Shown here piece by piece: positions 1 through 11,484 of a stretch of DNA of 64,000 nt (its first letter is position 1; each line of letters opens with the position of its first letter). Origin of the DNA: Cyclobacteriaceae bacterium (GTDB taxonomy: Bacteria > Bacteroidota > Bacteroidia > Cytophagales > Cyclobacteriaceae). The translations under genes and the position numbers were made by a program. Under the pieces are notes generated by a model that did not search any database, had not been told where the DNA came from, and was given only the letters and a program-made list of their open reading frames with translations. The stretch spans positions 9,068-73,067 of the forward strand of contig JBGTCD010000155.1 of NCBI GenBank assembly GCA_041749015.1, in the 5' to 3' direction.

Positions 1-225
1 CTTCACTACCCAGTTTTTCCTGGTTCATTCCGTGTGCAAAATAGATTCCAAATGCCTGCCCCGACACTTCGATATCCTGGAGAAGCTGCCGGTATCTGGG
101 CTCAAAAATATGCAGGGATACCACCTCCCCCGGTATGGGAAACATCGTAAGCGGAAATATGGGTAATTCGTACATATTCTTTTTTTTGAAAAGCTGATAA
201 TCCACAAACCTCTATACTCAAAAGT

Positions 226-756
226 TTAATATCTAATGAGCGAATGGATTTGGCCTTGCTCCAGTTTCATGCGGCCTTTCAAAAAGGCCAGCTCCACTAA
301 AAAGGAAAAGCCAGCGACCTCACCTCCTAATTTTTTGATGAGCCTTGCCGCAGATCCGGCAGTGCCACCAGTAGCCAGCAGATCATCATGGATTAGCACC
401 CGCATTCCGGGCTGCAGCGCATCCACGTGCATTTCAACGACCGCTGATCCATATTCTAAATCATAGGCGTCCTTTATTTTCTTGAAAGGAAGCTTACCTT
501 CCTTCCGCACCGGCACAAACGGCACTTCTAATTTTTGAGCCAAAAGCATGCCAAACAAAAACCCTCTTGCCTCAATCCCGGCGACTACTTCCACCTTGGA
601 ATCCCTCCATATATGAGCCATTTCACTGGTGATGGCTTTGCAGAGATGGGGATCGGCCAATACCGGGGTAATGTCTTTAAATATGATCCCAGGCTTTGGG
701 AAGTCCGGAACATCCCTGATAATTGCTTTAACTTTTTCTTCCAATCCCGCCACCAT
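226..756 (-). CDS. apt: adenine phosphoribosyltransferase
   Basis: 176-aa ORF. It has the Apt-type N-terminus DFPKPGIIFKDITP and the PRPP-binding motif VLIHDDLLATGGT. Confidence 0.93.
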   Translation of the reverse strand: MVAGLEEKVKAIIRDVPDFPKPGIIFKDITPVLADPHLCKAITSEMAHIWRDSKVEVVAGIEARGFLFGMLLAQKLEVPFVPVRKEGKLPFKKIKDAYDLEYGSAVVEMHVDALQPGMRVLIHDDLLATGGTAGSAARLIKKLGGEVAGFSFLVELAFLKGRMKLEQGQIHSLIRY

Positions 757-865
757 AATGCTTTCAATCCGAGGCCTTCAAAGAAATTCCAGATGTCAAG
801 ATAAAATATTTATGTTAAAAAGTAGACCCGGGTAAAATTTTTATTGCCCCTACCGGTAATTCAAC

Positions 866-3800
866 TTACATATTTCTTCGATACTGACCTCCCACCTCAA
901 ACAATGCCCTGGTAATCTGACCGAGGGAGCAATATTTGGTGGCTTCCATTAGCTCGCTAAACATGTTGGTATTTTTAATTGCAGCCTCCTTAAGAGCTAC
1001 TAAATGTTGCGCAGCCTTGTCTTTATTAAAATCTTGCAAGTCTTGCAACATGGCAATCTGATACTCTTTTTCATCTTTGGTGGCACGGATGACCTCACCC
1101 GGAATCAGGGTGGGGCTTCCCTTTGAGCTTAGGAAGGTATTGACCCCTATAATGGGAAATTCTCCAGTATGTTTCAGGGTTTCGTAATAAAGGCTTTCTT
1201 CCTGAATTTTGCCTCTTTGGTACATGGTTTCCATGGCCCCTAGCACACCACCCCTTTCAGTGATTCTTTCAAACTCAGTATGCACTGCCTCCTCTACGAG
1301 GTCGGTCAGTTCCTCAATGATAAAGGAGCCCTGTAGCGGGTTTTCGTTTTTGGCAAGGCCGAGTTCCTTATTAATGATCAACTGAATGGCCATCGCCCTG
1401 CGCACTGATTCTTCGGTAGGGGTGGTGATGGCTTCATCATAGGCATTGGTATGGAGGGAGTTGCAATTGTCATAAATGGCATACAATGCCTGAAGGGTGG
1501 TACGGATGTCATTAAAGTCAATTTCCTGGGCATGAAGGGACCGGCCTGAGGTTTGTATGTGATATTTCAGCATCTGGGCTCGGGCATTAGCCCCATATTT
1601 ATCACGCAAAGCCTTGGCCCAAATTCTCCGTGCTACTCTTCCGATCACTGCATATTCCGGGTCAATGCCATTGCTAAAGAAAAAGGAAAGGTTAGGCCCA
1701 AATTTGTTAATGTCCATACCCCGGCTCAGATAGTATTCCACATAGGTGAAGCCATTGGCCAAAGTGAAGGCCAATTGTGTGATGGGGTTGGCACCTGCCT
1801 CGGCAATATGGTAACCAGAAATTGAAACGGAATAAAAATTACGAACCTGCTTTTGAATAAAATACTCTTGCACATCACCCATTAATCTCAGGGCAAATTC
1901 CGTGGAGAAAATACAGGTATTTTGAGCTTGGTCTTCTTTTAGAATATCGGCCTGTACGGTACCCCTTACCGTATTGAGGGTGTGGGTCCTGATTTTTTCA
2001 TATACCGCTGCAGGCAGCACCTGATCCCCAGTAACTCCAATGAGCATCAAACCAAGGCCATCATTCCCTTTCGGTAATTTTCCCTGGTATTGGGGTCTTT
2101 TTTTACCTTTATAAAGGGTTCTAATTTTCTTTTCTACCTCATCTTTCAGCCCATTTTCCAGGATATATTTTTCGCATTGCTGGTCGGTGGCGGCATTCAT
2201 AAAAAATCCCAGAAGCATAGGTGCCGGCCCGTTGATGGTCATGGATACCGAGGTCAGGGGATCACAGAGGTCAAAGCCTGAATAAAGCTTTTTGGCATCG
2301 TCAAGGCAGCATATGCTCACCCCGGAATTACCAATTTTACCATAGATATCAGGCCGGTAATCCGGGTCATTTCCATAAAGCGTAACCGAATCAAAGGCTG
2401 TAGAAAGTCTCTTGGCGGGCAGCCCAAGACTCACATAATGGAACCGCTTATTGGTGCGCTCGGGGCCTCCTTCGCCTGCAAACATCCTGGTGGGATCTTC
2501 GCCCTCCCTTTTAAAAGGATAGATACCTGCGGTGTAAGGGAAAGCACCCGGTACATTTTCCCTAAGGGCCCAGCGCAGCAAGTCTCCCCAGTTTTTGTAT
2601 CTGGGCAGAGCGACCTTGGGTATTTGGGTATGGGACAAGGACTCGGTGTGGGTCTTTATCCGAAGCTCTTTTTCCCTTACTTTAAAGGTAAACTCTTGTG
2701 CCTGGTATTTTGCGACCTGCTCATCCCATTCTTCAAGAAGTTTTTTATTGTGGGGGTCCAGATTCAGCATCTCCTTTTCGTAGGCTTCCTGGATTGATTT
2801 GATGATCCGGTCCTTATCCTCCAGGCCTGATTCTTTGAGATTTAATATCGTTTTATGATACCCATAAAGTTTGTCTGCCACTGCTGCCTGGTCTTCAGCC
2901 CATGCGTCATACTTTCGATTGTTTTCTGTTATTTCCGATAGATATCTTGTCCTGTTGGGAGGGATGATAAATACCTTCTCTGACATCTCATCAGTGATGC
3001 TGAAATCAGTCTCCAGATTTTTATTTCCAGTCTTTTCAACAATCTTGTCCATCAGGGTTTTAAACAAGGTGTTGGTGCCGGGATCGTTAAATTGAGAAGC
3101 TATAGTACCGAAGACCGGCATATCGTCCGGTTTGACATTCCACAATCCCTGATTTCTCTGATATTGTTTTTTTACATCCCTAAGCGCATCCAGGGCGCCT
3201 CTTTTATCAAACTTATTGAGGGCAATCACATCAGCAAAATCCAGCATATCTATTTTTTCAAGCTGGGTGGCGGCACCGTACTCGGGCGTCATCACGTACA
3301 AAGACAGGTCTGCAAAATCAAGAATCTGGGTATCTGACTGCCCTATCCCGGAGGTTTCAAGGATGATCAGATCAAATTGTGCTGCCTTCAGGACATTGAT
3401 GGCCTCGCGGATATGCTTCGACACGGATAAATTGCTCTGCCGTGTAGCCAGGGATCGCATATAAACCCTTGGATTATTGATCGCATTCATGCGAATCCGG
3501 TCCCCTAACAGTGCACCCCCCGTCTTTCTTTTGGAGGGGTCAACCGAGATGATGCCGATGGTTTTATCCTCATGAGCCACCAAAAACCTTCTCACCAGTT
3601 CATCTACAATAGAAGATTTTCCGGCTCCTCCGGTGCCGGTAATCCCCAGAACCGGAATATCAGATTTCTCTGCTATCGGCTCAATTTTAGATAAATGGGC
3701 CTTGGCTTCCTTTGGATAATTTTCTGCTGCGGAAATGATCCGGGCTATACTGCCTGCATCCTTTTGGGTTAGGTTGTCGAGGGCACCGTTGAGGTTTTTT

Positions 3801-4243
3801 CCGGTGGGGAAGTCACTTTTTTCTACCAAATCATTTATCATGCCCTGCAAACCCATGGACCGCCCGTCATCAGGAGCATATATTTTTGTGATGCCATAAT
3901 CCATGAGTTCTTTGATTTCCTCAGGAAGAATCACCCCGCCACCACCGCCAAAGATCTTAATATGCCCTGCCCCCCGCTCTTTCAACAGGTCATGCATGTA
4001 CTTAAAATATTCTGTGTGGCCTCCCTGGTAGGAAGTCATGGCTATAGCCTGCACGTCCTCCTGAATGGCCGTGTTGACCACCTCATCCACACTCCTGTCA
4101 TGCCCCAGGTGGATCACCTCGCATCCTGTAGCCTGGATGATCCGCCTCATGATATTGATGGCAGCATCATGCCCATCAAATAGTGATGCTGCTGTAACGA
4201 TTCGTACTTTATTCTTAGGTTTATAGGGGGCTACTTCCTTCAT
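866..4243 (-). CDS. icmF: fused isobutyryl-CoA mutase (B12-binding domain + MeaB-like G-protein + mutase domain), IcmF-type
   Basis: N-terminal B12-binding segment [22 protein letters not shown], central P-loop GTGGAGKSS, and a long C-terminal acyl-CoA mutase domain. The ORF is open to 4303, but the internal Met ([10 protein letters not shown]) fits homolog N-termini better. Confidence 0.82.
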   Translation of the reverse strand: MKEVAPYKPKNKVRIVTAASLFDGHDAAINIMRRIIQATGCEVIHLGHDRSVDEVVNTAIQEDVQAIAMTSYQGGHTEYFKYMHDLLKERGAGHIKIFGGGGGVILPEEIKELMDYGITKIYAPDDGRSMGLQGMINDLVEKSDFPTGKNLNGALDNLTQKDAGSIARIISAAENYPKEAKAHLSKIEPIAEKSDIPVLGITGTGGAGKSSIVDELVRRFLVAHEDKTIGIISVDPSKRKTGGALLGDRIRMNAINNPRVYMRSLATRQSNLSVSKHIREAINVLKAAQFDLIILETSGIGQSDTQILDFADLSLYVMTPEYGAATQLEKIDMLDFADVIALNKFDKRGALDALRDVKKQYQRNQGLWNVKPDDMPVFGTIASQFNDPGTNTLFKTLMDKIVEKTGNKNLETDFSITDEMSEKVFIIPPNRTRYLSEITENNRKYDAWAEDQAAVADKLYGYHKTILNLKESGLEDKDRIIKSIQEAYEKEMLNLDPHNKKLLEEWDEQVAKYQAQEFTFKVREKELRIKTHTESLSHTQIPKVALPRYKNWGDLLRWALRENVPGAFPYTAGIYPFKREGEDPTRMFAGEGGPERTNKRFHYVSLGLPAKRLSTAFDSVTLYGNDPDYRPDIYGKIGNSGVSICCLDDAKKLYSGFDLCDPLTSVSMTINGPAPMLLGFFMNAATDQQCEKYILENGLKDEVEKKIRTLYKGKKRPQYQGKLPKGNDGLGLMLIGVTGDQVLPAAVYEKIRTHTLNTVRGTVQADILKEDQAQNTCIFSTEFALRLMGDVQEYFIQKQVRNFYSVSISGYHIAEAGANPITQLAFTLANGFTYVEYYLSRGMDINKFGPNLSFFFSNGIDPEYAVIGRVARRIWAKALRDKYGANARAQMLKYHIQTSGRSLHAQEIDFNDIRTTLQALYAIYDNCNSLHTNAYDEAITTPTEESVRRAMAIQLIINKELGLAKNENPLQGSFIIEELTDLVEEAVHTEFERITERGGVLGAMETMYQRGKIQEESLYYETLKHTGEFPIIGVNTFLSSKGSPTLIPGEVIRATKDEKEYQIAMLQDLQDFNKDKAAQHLVALKEAAIKNTNMFSELMEATKYCSLGQITRALFEVGGQYRRNM

Positions 4244-4337
4244 ACTTTGCGTTAATTTGGAAGGCAAAATTAAGGATAAATTGAGGATTTTGCTAACAGC
4301 CATTAGGTAGGCTACTTAGCTCTTCCCGCATTCAAGG

Positions 4338-6644
4338 CTATTCCAATATGGCCTGGTCTTTCAGCAATTGGTCTAACCTCTGAATAGAAAGACGATTATG
4401 CGGTGCTCGGATATTATCTATGATGCTGCTTTTCTCCTTACCGGTAAGCCGCCAACTCAGGGAAGCTCTATACCTGCTTTCAATTTTCAAACTGTCTGAC
4501 ACCAAGGTATCATCCTGCCCTTCTTCACTAGGGATATATTGGAAATCAACTCTATGGACTGGTATGTCTAAAAGGGCTCGTGCATACTCCATGATGTTAT
4601 CATTATTGATATCCTGCAGGCCTTCAAAGTTTCTGTAAATGCTGCTGATAGGCTGTGAGAATTTTTGAACGATGGTACGGTGGGATTCTTCGGTGACTTC
4701 CTCCTGTTTCTCCGAATCTCTGATGGAAACAATCACGACCCCGGAGGTATTTTCACTGATCCAGTCCTTAAAGGCATAGATAAACCGGGCAGCATCGGAT
4801 AGCCCAAAATTATCTGAAATCCCGGCATCCATGATCTCCAACGGGGGATCGCTGGGCAGGGTAATATTTGGGGTGATGTAAGGAAAGGTAGCACTCATCC
4901 TGAGCGCACTTAGAAATCGCAAATTCTGAGCCTCGTGATCTTCAAAGAATCTCAAAAAGTCGATTCCGGTGGTCTTTTGATTGGGATAATCTCCTTTCCA
5001 TAAAATGGAGGGGTCCATGTAGGATACATTATGCGGAGAAATAAATAATTTCCGCCCATCATTCATGATGGTGGGCCCGAGGATCATCATCGGGATGAGG
5101 CTTTCACGTTCCGGCATATGGTAGGCCATTAATGGCTTATCCAGCAAATAATTGGTATTTTTATTAAGCTGTTCTTCAAATGAATACCCTCTGTCCAGAT
5201 TATAAAATTGACCCATGTATTCAAATTTCCGGAATCCAAGGAAGATATCATTTACCAGAAAACTAAATAAAATCGGGTTGAGGTTATCGGTGGAAATTTG
5301 CCTCAGGTGCTCCTTACTGTATGGATGTACCAGATCCCCTAATTTCTTCCGCAATATAAGCTCTCTGAAATAACTCGCACCGATGATGCCACCTGAGGCC
5401 CCGGTGATTAGAATTGTACTTTCAAAAAACCGGCCATTGGTGGTACTGTCTGCCTGTTGCAGGGTTTTGAGAGTCCATAGTGAGGCCCGCTGCCCACCCC
5501 CACTGGTGCACACAAAAGTGATCTTTGGTGGACTGTCCTCTGCAAATTTGGACCGCCACTTTTCAAGAATTGCGATAGTGCTATCCCGATCTCTTTCGAA
5601 GTTGGCTAAGTTATTATGTAGGGGAAATTCTGAAAATTTGTAAGCCACAGGCGTGATATCATAATCAAGCCCAAAGGCTTTATATTTTTTGGAAAGCAAT
5701 CCTTCTCCGGCAAGGAAGTTGACGATGAGGAAAAGGCCGATGGCTGTAGAGACCGCCCATCCACCAAACCAATAGGAAAAGGCCCCGGCAAACATCACAA
5801 AAATGGTCAGGAGCAGCACAAAACTAGCTGCGGCCGGGAGCTGAAACTCAGGGACATCCCTAAATATTCCCAACAAAAATATCAGCACAATGACGAGCAG
5901 TTCTATGATCACCAGGTTGAAATGATTTTGATCAAAAACCTGGAGGATGGTGCCTCTGTCATAAAAACCCTGGTCATCTGGGGTCTTTTGGGGCTTGAGA
6001 TTGAAATCAATATAGTTATCAACCCGCACCTGTTTTTTTCGGGCGATATCCAGCTTTTTCATCGCGCCTGCCCTGGTAACCTTTATGTTTTGCTTTAGCT
6101 TTTCATCCACCTTGCATACCACGTATTTAAAAATATCCTTATTGGTAAACCAAAAGTAGAGGAAGAGTAAAAAAGTCATCAGGCAATATCCGGTAAGCAA
6201 ACCAGCAATATTGGTCACGATGCCCCATCCTGTTGTAAATTCATTATTGATCTGGTACCTGATGATGAGCACCACATAGATGATCATGAAGGCAAACGGG
6301 ATGATAGAATTGTTCAGGCTGTATTTTGCAAAAGGCCTGGCCATGATGCCTATAAAATTGAAGCGGTGGCCATCATTGATGTAGCTCGTGATGTGAAAGG
6401 CGGCCGAAAAACCAGCAATGACAATGCCCATTATAAAAAAGCTGATAAAGTTGACCTTGTTGAGGTACTCAGGGTCAAGAAACAGGTATGGTATCCCCAG
6501 ATATTTTCCAAAGAACCCTGACACCATGGCGAATAACAGGAGCCAGCAAAATAATAAAACGTGATTCCTTTTCAGGTTCAATAAAAGAAGCTGAACTGGA
6601 AAGGAGTAGGCGAAAGCATTCCATAAAGATTTGAAGTCGCTCAT
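4338..6644 (-). CDS. patatin-like phospholipase with N-terminal polytopic membrane domain
   Basis: About 330 N-terminal residues of hydrophobic helices, followed by the oxyanion motif TSGGGQRA, the GxSxG motif GASGG and the catalytic Asp motif DAGISDN. The ORF is open to 6701; the start was placed at MSDFKSLW. Confidence 0.78.
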   Translation of the reverse strand: MSDFKSLWNAFAYSFPVQLLLLNLKRNHVLLFCWLLLFAMVSGFFGKYLGIPYLFLDPEYLNKVNFISFFIMGIVIAGFSAAFHITSYINDGHRFNFIGIMARPFAKYSLNNSIIPFAFMIIYVVLIIRYQINNEFTTGWGIVTNIAGLLTGYCLMTFLLFLYFWFTNKDIFKYVVCKVDEKLKQNIKVTRAGAMKKLDIARKKQVRVDNYIDFNLKPQKTPDDQGFYDRGTILQVFDQNHFNLVIIELLVIVLIFLLGIFRDVPEFQLPAAASFVLLLTIFVMFAGAFSYWFGGWAVSTAIGLFLIVNFLAGEGLLSKKYKAFGLDYDITPVAYKFSEFPLHNNLANFERDRDSTIAILEKWRSKFAEDSPPKITFVCTSGGGQRASLWTLKTLQQADSTTNGRFFESTILITGASGGIIGASYFRELILRKKLGDLVHPYSKEHLRQISTDNLNPILFSFLVNDIFLGFRKFEYMGQFYNLDRGYSFEEQLNKNTNYLLDKPLMAYHMPERESLIPMMILGPTIMNDGRKLFISPHNVSYMDPSILWKGDYPNQKTTGIDFLRFFEDHEAQNLRFLSALRMSATFPYITPNITLPSDPPLEIMDAGISDNFGLSDAARFIYAFKDWISENTSGVVIVSIRDSEKQEEVTEESHRTIVQKFSQPISSIYRNFEGLQDINNDNIMEYARALLDIPVHRVDFQYIPSEEGQDDTLVSDSLKIESRYRASLSWRLTGKEKSSIIDNIRAPHNRLSIQRLDQLLKDQAILE

Positions 6645-6810
6645 TTCAATTTCTAAATTAAGGAAATTTAAAGGATATTTTTGGAATAAGCATTTCCTCA
6701 AAATAATTTAATCTCCCAATACTCAATGTTTAAGAATTAAAATACGGGTAACGTGATTTTAAAATCAATTGCTTTACTTTATGCTTTCTTCAATAAATAA
6801 AGGTTGAAAC

Positions 6811-7581
6811 ATGGCAAAAAAGCATCTGATCTTAGGGATATTTTTTCTTTTTTTCGGCATTGAGGCCCACTCCTGGGGCCAAACCGGCCATCGGGTGGTA
6901 GGATGGATCGCCGAACAGCACCTCTCTAAAAAGACCAGGAAAAATATCAAAAAGTTAATGGGGTATGAGTCTTTGGCTATTGCCAGCACCTGGATGGACG
7001 AAATCAAATCAGACAGGGCTTATGACCACACTCATGACTGGCATTGGGTCACCATCCCTGATGGCATGCGTTATGAGGATACTGAAAAAAATCCCAATGG
7101 CGACCTTATTGAATCCATGGAGCGCATCATTGCAGCGCTTAAAAAGGGTGGCCTCTCTCAGAAGGAGGAACTGGAACACCTCCGGATGCTGGCGCATCTG
7201 GTAGGCGATGTACACCAGCCCCTTCATGTAGGCCGTGGTGATGATAAGGGTGGTAATGACGTCAAGGTGCGGTGGTTTTGGAATAACAGCAACCTGCATA
7301 GGGTCTGGGATACGGGAATCATCGAGGGGCAAAATTTTAGTTATACCGAACTTGCCAAAAGCCTCAATCATGCTACTCCTGATCATGTAAAGGCACTTCA
7401 AGCAACCACTTTCAGGGATTGGGCTCATGAGTCTATGAATTACCGGGGACCAATTTATGACCTTCCGGAAGATGGCAATATCAATTACGAATACAGCTAT
7501 AAAAATTGGCCAATAGTAAAGGACCAGCTCCTAAAAGGGGGCATTCGTCTGGCGGGAATCTTGAATGAGATCTATGGCTAA
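6811..7581 (+). CDS. S1/P1 family nuclease (secreted)
   Basis: Signal peptide followed by a mature N-terminus WGQTGHRVVG. Histidine-rich metal-ligand motifs (HDWHW, HLVGDVHQPLH) are typical of S1/P1 nucleases. Confidence 0.82.
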   Translation: MAKKHLILGIFFLFFGIEAHSWGQTGHRVVGWIAEQHLSKKTRKNIKKLMGYESLAIASTWMDEIKSDRAYDHTHDWHWVTIPDGMRYEDTEKNPNGDLIESMERIIAALKKGGLSQKEELEHLRMLAHLVGDVHQPLHVGRGDDKGGNDVKVRWFWNNSNLHRVWDTGIIEGQNFSYTELAKSLNHATPDHVKALQATTFRDWAHESMNYRGPIYDLPEDGNINYEYSYKNWPIVKDQLLKGGIRLAGILNEIYG

Positions 7582-8288
7582 GGATTCTTTAGGCGCACCA
7601 ACTCCATCATTGGTATAAAAAATCCCCTTTCGATAAGCAGGTCAAGTTCTTCTACAGTGGGGTTGATCAGATAGCTTTTTTCTCCAATCATTTTAAATTC
7701 AGTGATATCCGAGAATATTGCCAGTTCTTTGGATTCCTCGGTACTGTATTTAGGTTTTTGGCCATCACTTGTTTTGAGGTTGGTGACAATTTCAAAGGAT
7801 AAAGTATCCCTGTGGACCGGCCTAAGTAGGTAGGTATTCCAGTATTTGAGGTCTTCTTCTCTTTCATTCAGAAAAAGCATATCCTTGTATTCTTTTAGGA
7901 AAAAATCCTTGCCCAGTTCCTTTTCCTCCATCTCCATGATGGTGTAAAAGACGGTATCAGATTTGATCTCATAAGGCACACCGCCCAGACTTTCAAAACT
8001 TTTATTGTAAATCAGACCATCCTTTAAGTAAACCATTTCGCTGGTATCGACTTCATTGACACTTACTTGATATTCTCTGTATTGTTTCCAATAAATCCTT
8101 TTTGATTCGATTGTGATGGTATCGCCATCAGCGATATATTTTCCCAGGATCTCCTTAGGAAACTTATCCTTAATCATTAACCCTATAGGCTGAGCATTTT
8201 CAAAATATACGGTAGTGCAGGAAAAAAATCCTAAGGGGAACACCACTAAAATTCCCCAAAAAGCCGATAAACAAATATTCCGGTTCAT
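7578..8288 (-). CDS. hypothetical lipoprotein
   Basis: 236-aa ORF with a signal peptide and lipobox-like GFFSC. No recognisable catalytic motif. Confidence 0.5.
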   Translation of the reverse strand: MNRNICLSAFWGILVVFPLGFFSCTTVYFENAQPIGLMIKDKFPKEILGKYIADGDTITIESKRIYWKQYREYQVSVNEVDTSEMVYLKDGLIYNKSFESLGGVPYEIKSDTVFYTIMEMEEKELGKDFFLKEYKDMLFLNEREEDLKYWNTYLLRPVHRDTLSFEIVTNLKTSDGQKPKYSTEESKELAIFSDITEFKMIGEKSYLINPTVEELDLLIERGFFIPMMELVRLKNP

Positions 8289-8299
8289 AAGAGATAGGT

Positions 8300-9037
8300 T
8301 TAATTTTTCTTCAACTTCAAATTAATTAAGGCCCCTGATGCGATAATAAAAGCCTGATGTTGGAAAGCCTTATTATTGTCATAGGGTAGAGAGAACCCAG
8401 TTTGCGCATAAAATTTCACATTTCTCCATCCTACAATAATATTGACTACAGGTTCCATGAACATCATATTATCAGCGGTGATATTTTGCAGTCCACACCC
8501 AGAGGCAATGGTAGGAAAGTCAACATAAGAAAACCTGGAAATAAAGCTGAGCTCAAAATCTTTCTTAACAAGACAAATGGCAGGCTGTAAAAATACCCGT
8601 GAATATTCACCACTGACTTGGTACGTTAGTGCGGAAGGGTCTGCATAAGGATCCTGCAATGCCAAGGTATTACCCCAGCCATAGCCAGCTAGAATATTAA
8701 ATCGAATATTTTGGTCTAACTCAGTGTAATAACCAAGACCAAATTCCCAGAATGAGTGGTTGGTTTCTTCTTCTCCTGACTTACCGTTATTGGCGCCAGC
8801 AAGCCCCCCCATTACAAGCAGGTAATCCGTGAGAGCAATCCCAGCCTGTAAATTGTAACCGTTGTTCCCTACACTGGCTGTTGCATTTATATCTCCCTGT
8901 TCCTCTACCATAGGCACGTAAATGGAATTAGGCAAATAAAGAGGTGCGCAAGATGATAACACCATCAGGCCTCCAAGCGTAAAGGTTGAAAATAAAATAA
9001 AAACCCTTTGACGCTTAGATTTAATGGAGGCCTTCAT
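8300..9037 (-). CDS. hypothetical lipoprotein / possible small beta-barrel protein
   Basis: 245-aa ORF with signal peptide plus LSSC. The remainder is rich in alternating aromatic/Gly residues. Confidence 0.45.
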   Translation of the reverse strand: MKASIKSKRQRVFILFSTFTLGGLMVLSSCAPLYLPNSIYVPMVEEQGDINATASVGNNGYNLQAGIALTDYLLVMGGLAGANNGKSGEEETNHSFWEFGLGYYTELDQNIRFNILAGYGWGNTLALQDPYADPSALTYQVSGEYSRVFLQPAICLVKKDFELSFISRFSYVDFPTIASGCGLQNITADNMMFMEPVVNIIVGWRNVKFYAQTGFSLPYDNNKAFQHQAFIIASGALINLKLKKN

Positions 9038-9144
9038 GAAATTAGTTTTTTCAATACTAAAATATATCTTATTTTTCCTATTTCAAAATCAATAATAAAA
9101 CCATGTGTCTCTCCAGTTCCAAATGTTTTCCCTACCTAACCGGT

Positions 9145-9837
9145 ATGAAAATGGGGAAGAATCCAATTATTTTTATTGGCGGGTGGATACTGGCCTTATG
9201 CAGCTATGATGTCCGGGCACAGCCACCGGGATTTGTAAATATTAAAGAGCACATCCCTGATGTGGTTGTGGAGTTGAAATATTATTCGAATGACAATTTT
9301 ATCGGGGATACCATTGATGGGTATTTTTCTAATAAGGGCTTTATTACTTTTGAGGCGGCTAAGGCTTTGGTGAATATCCAGAAAGACCTGAAAAAGGAGG
9401 GAATAGGGTTAAAATTATTTGATGCTTACCGGCCTCAATCAGCCGTCAATCACTTCATCCGGTGGGCTGGAGATCATTCAGATACCCTGATGAAGCGGAC
9501 ATTTTATCCGGAAGTTGATAAAGCTTCATTATTTGAAAAAGGCTATATATCCAGACGCTCGGGCCATTCCAGGGGCAGCACGGTAGACCTGACTATAATC
9601 TACCTGACCGGACCCAAAAAAGGGCAGGAACTGGATATGGGTACTCCATTTGATTTTTTTGGTCGTGAGTCATGGTCTGAGAGTCCTTTGGTTACAGCCG
9701 AACAGAAAAAGAACCGGATGCTGCTCAGAGAGGTGATGGAGCGACATGGCTTTAAGGGCATCCGGACGGAGTGGTGGCATTTTACGTTGATCAACGAGCC
9801 CTATCCGGATACGCATTTTGATTTTCCGGTGAGGTGA
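9145..9837 (+). CDS. D-alanyl-D-alanine dipeptidase, M15D (VanX/DdpX-like)
   Basis: Motifs SGHSRGSTVDLT and EWWHF match VanX-type zinc dipeptidases. An N-terminal signal sequence is present. The ORF is open from 9103. Confidence 0.8.
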   Translation: MKMGKNPIIFIGGWILALCSYDVRAQPPGFVNIKEHIPDVVVELKYYSNDNFIGDTIDGYFSNKGFITFEAAKALVNIQKDLKKEGIGLKLFDAYRPQSAVNHFIRWAGDHSDTLMKRTFYPEVDKASLFEKGYISRRSGHSRGSTVDLTIIYLTGPKKGQELDMGTPFDFFGRESWSESPLVTAEQKKNRMLLREVMERHGFKGIRTEWWHFTLINEPYPDTHFDFPVR

Positions 9838-9851
9838 CCCATATGTATATC

Positions 9852-10853
9852 TCAGGTTATCCTAATCACCACATTACCAGTCTTCTGTGCCGTTTCCACA
9901 TACCGGTAAGCCTCCACAATTTCATCCAGGTCAACAATACGGTCTGTAACCGGTCTGAATTGGCCCTCTTCCGCAAGCTTTTTAATGAAGACGACATCCT
10001 CCTTTTTGATGGAAGGAATAGGAAAGAGCACTTTTCGGCCGCCAAATAATGGGGTGATCAGTGCCAGGAATGGATTTTGAGAACCTTTGCCCAGCTCTGT
10101 TGACATATAAATCCCCTTTGGCTTGATTAAGGGCTTACACTTACCAAAAGAACTTTTGCCTACAGCATCAAACACCACATCAAACTTCCTGTCAATTTTT
10201 GTGAAATCCTCCCGGGTATGGTCGATCACGGCATCAGCGCCTAGGTTTTTGACCAACTCCATATTTTTAGTGTTGGCCGTAGCGGTAACTTCAGCCCCGA
10301 AATATTTGGCCAGTTGTACGGCGGCACTGCCTATGGCACCGGTGGCACCATTGATCAGATACTGATCTCCGGCTTTGATTTTAGCTGCTCTAAGGTTACA
10401 CAGAGCATAATGGCAACCTTCGGTAAGCGGGGCAGCCTCCTCGAAAGAATACCCTTCCGGCATATGAGCCACGGGACCCGAAGCCTTGACCACCATGTAC
10501 TGGGCATGGGCCCCAAATTGCGGGTCGCTAAAGCCAAAAACCCGGTCCCCTGCTTTAAAGTCATTGACCTTCTCGCCTAGCCCCACCACCACACCGGCAT
10601 ATTCGGTTCCCAGGACTTTTTGCCTGGGTCCGAAAAGTCCTGAGAAAAATCTAATGATAAAATAATTAGCCCCCCGGAACCCGCTGTCCGTCCTGTTGAC
10701 GGTACTGGCATGTACCCGAATCAATATTTCATCAGGTTTTGGCACAGGTCGGGGATAGGAGGTGACCTTGACAACTTCTGGTGGTCCGTATTTATGATAC
10801 ACAGCTGCCTGCATGGTCGGGTTTTCTGAAGTTTGATCGGTAGTGGTGCTCAT
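9852..10853 (-). CDS. NAD(P)-dependent medium-chain dehydrogenase / quinone oxidoreductase family protein
   Basis: 333-aa ORF with the MDR fold signature and Rossmann motif GATGAIGSAAVQLAK. Confidence 0.85.
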   Translation of the reverse strand: MSTTTDQTSENPTMQAAVYHKYGPPEVVKVTSYPRPVPKPDEILIRVHASTVNRTDSGFRGANYFIIRFFSGLFGPRQKVLGTEYAGVVVGLGEKVNDFKAGDRVFGFSDPQFGAHAQYMVVKASGPVAHMPEGYSFEEAAPLTEGCHYALCNLRAAKIKAGDQYLINGATGAIGSAAVQLAKYFGAEVTATANTKNMELVKNLGADAVIDHTREDFTKIDRKFDVVFDAVGKSSFGKCKPLIKPKGIYMSTELGKGSQNPFLALITPLFGGRKVLFPIPSIKKEDVVFIKKLAEEGQFRPVTDRIVDLDEIVEAYRYVETAQKTGNVVIRIT

Positions 10854-11484
10854 GAACTAGTCATTGAATTTTAGTCAATTAGGCAATATAATTTTAATTT
10901 AAACATACCAAAAGCACCTAATGGTCATCCAGTCAGGGGAGTGGCTCAAAATAATTTTTGAATATCAGAGGTTTAGCTTACCTGGATTATACAGGTGAAA
11001 AGCGGTACCATGTCAAGGTTGTGAATGCCTGTGAGTAATGGCCTAAAGGATTGATTGATAATTGGCTATATATTGAAAGCTACATCCTAAAAAGGATATA
11101 TCCTTGGGATTTTTAAATCCAACTCCTGGCCATGGTCGAGAAAAATCTTTGAAGAGGACTTTTCAAAGCGGATTCTTTTTCAAACTTTTTTCGCATTTGT
11201 TCCTTTGAGCGCAACTCTCCAGAAACATCAGGAAATTGTTTAATAGGATTCAGAGACTTTTTCTCCTTTAGCTTAGGGCGCAAGTCTCTTGATATATCGG
11301 GAAATTGTTGAATTAGCGTCATAAATAGTTCCTCCTCCTCTTGTAAAGGTAAAGGTCGCACCAAGATCCCTTATATCTGTTATACTATGCGGACAAGGAT
11401 TTATATCTTTCACAGTGTTCAAATCATGTGTGGAGGGGGCAAAAAAAACTACTTTAAGTGAATTAAGGCGGGTCTTTTCTGTTA

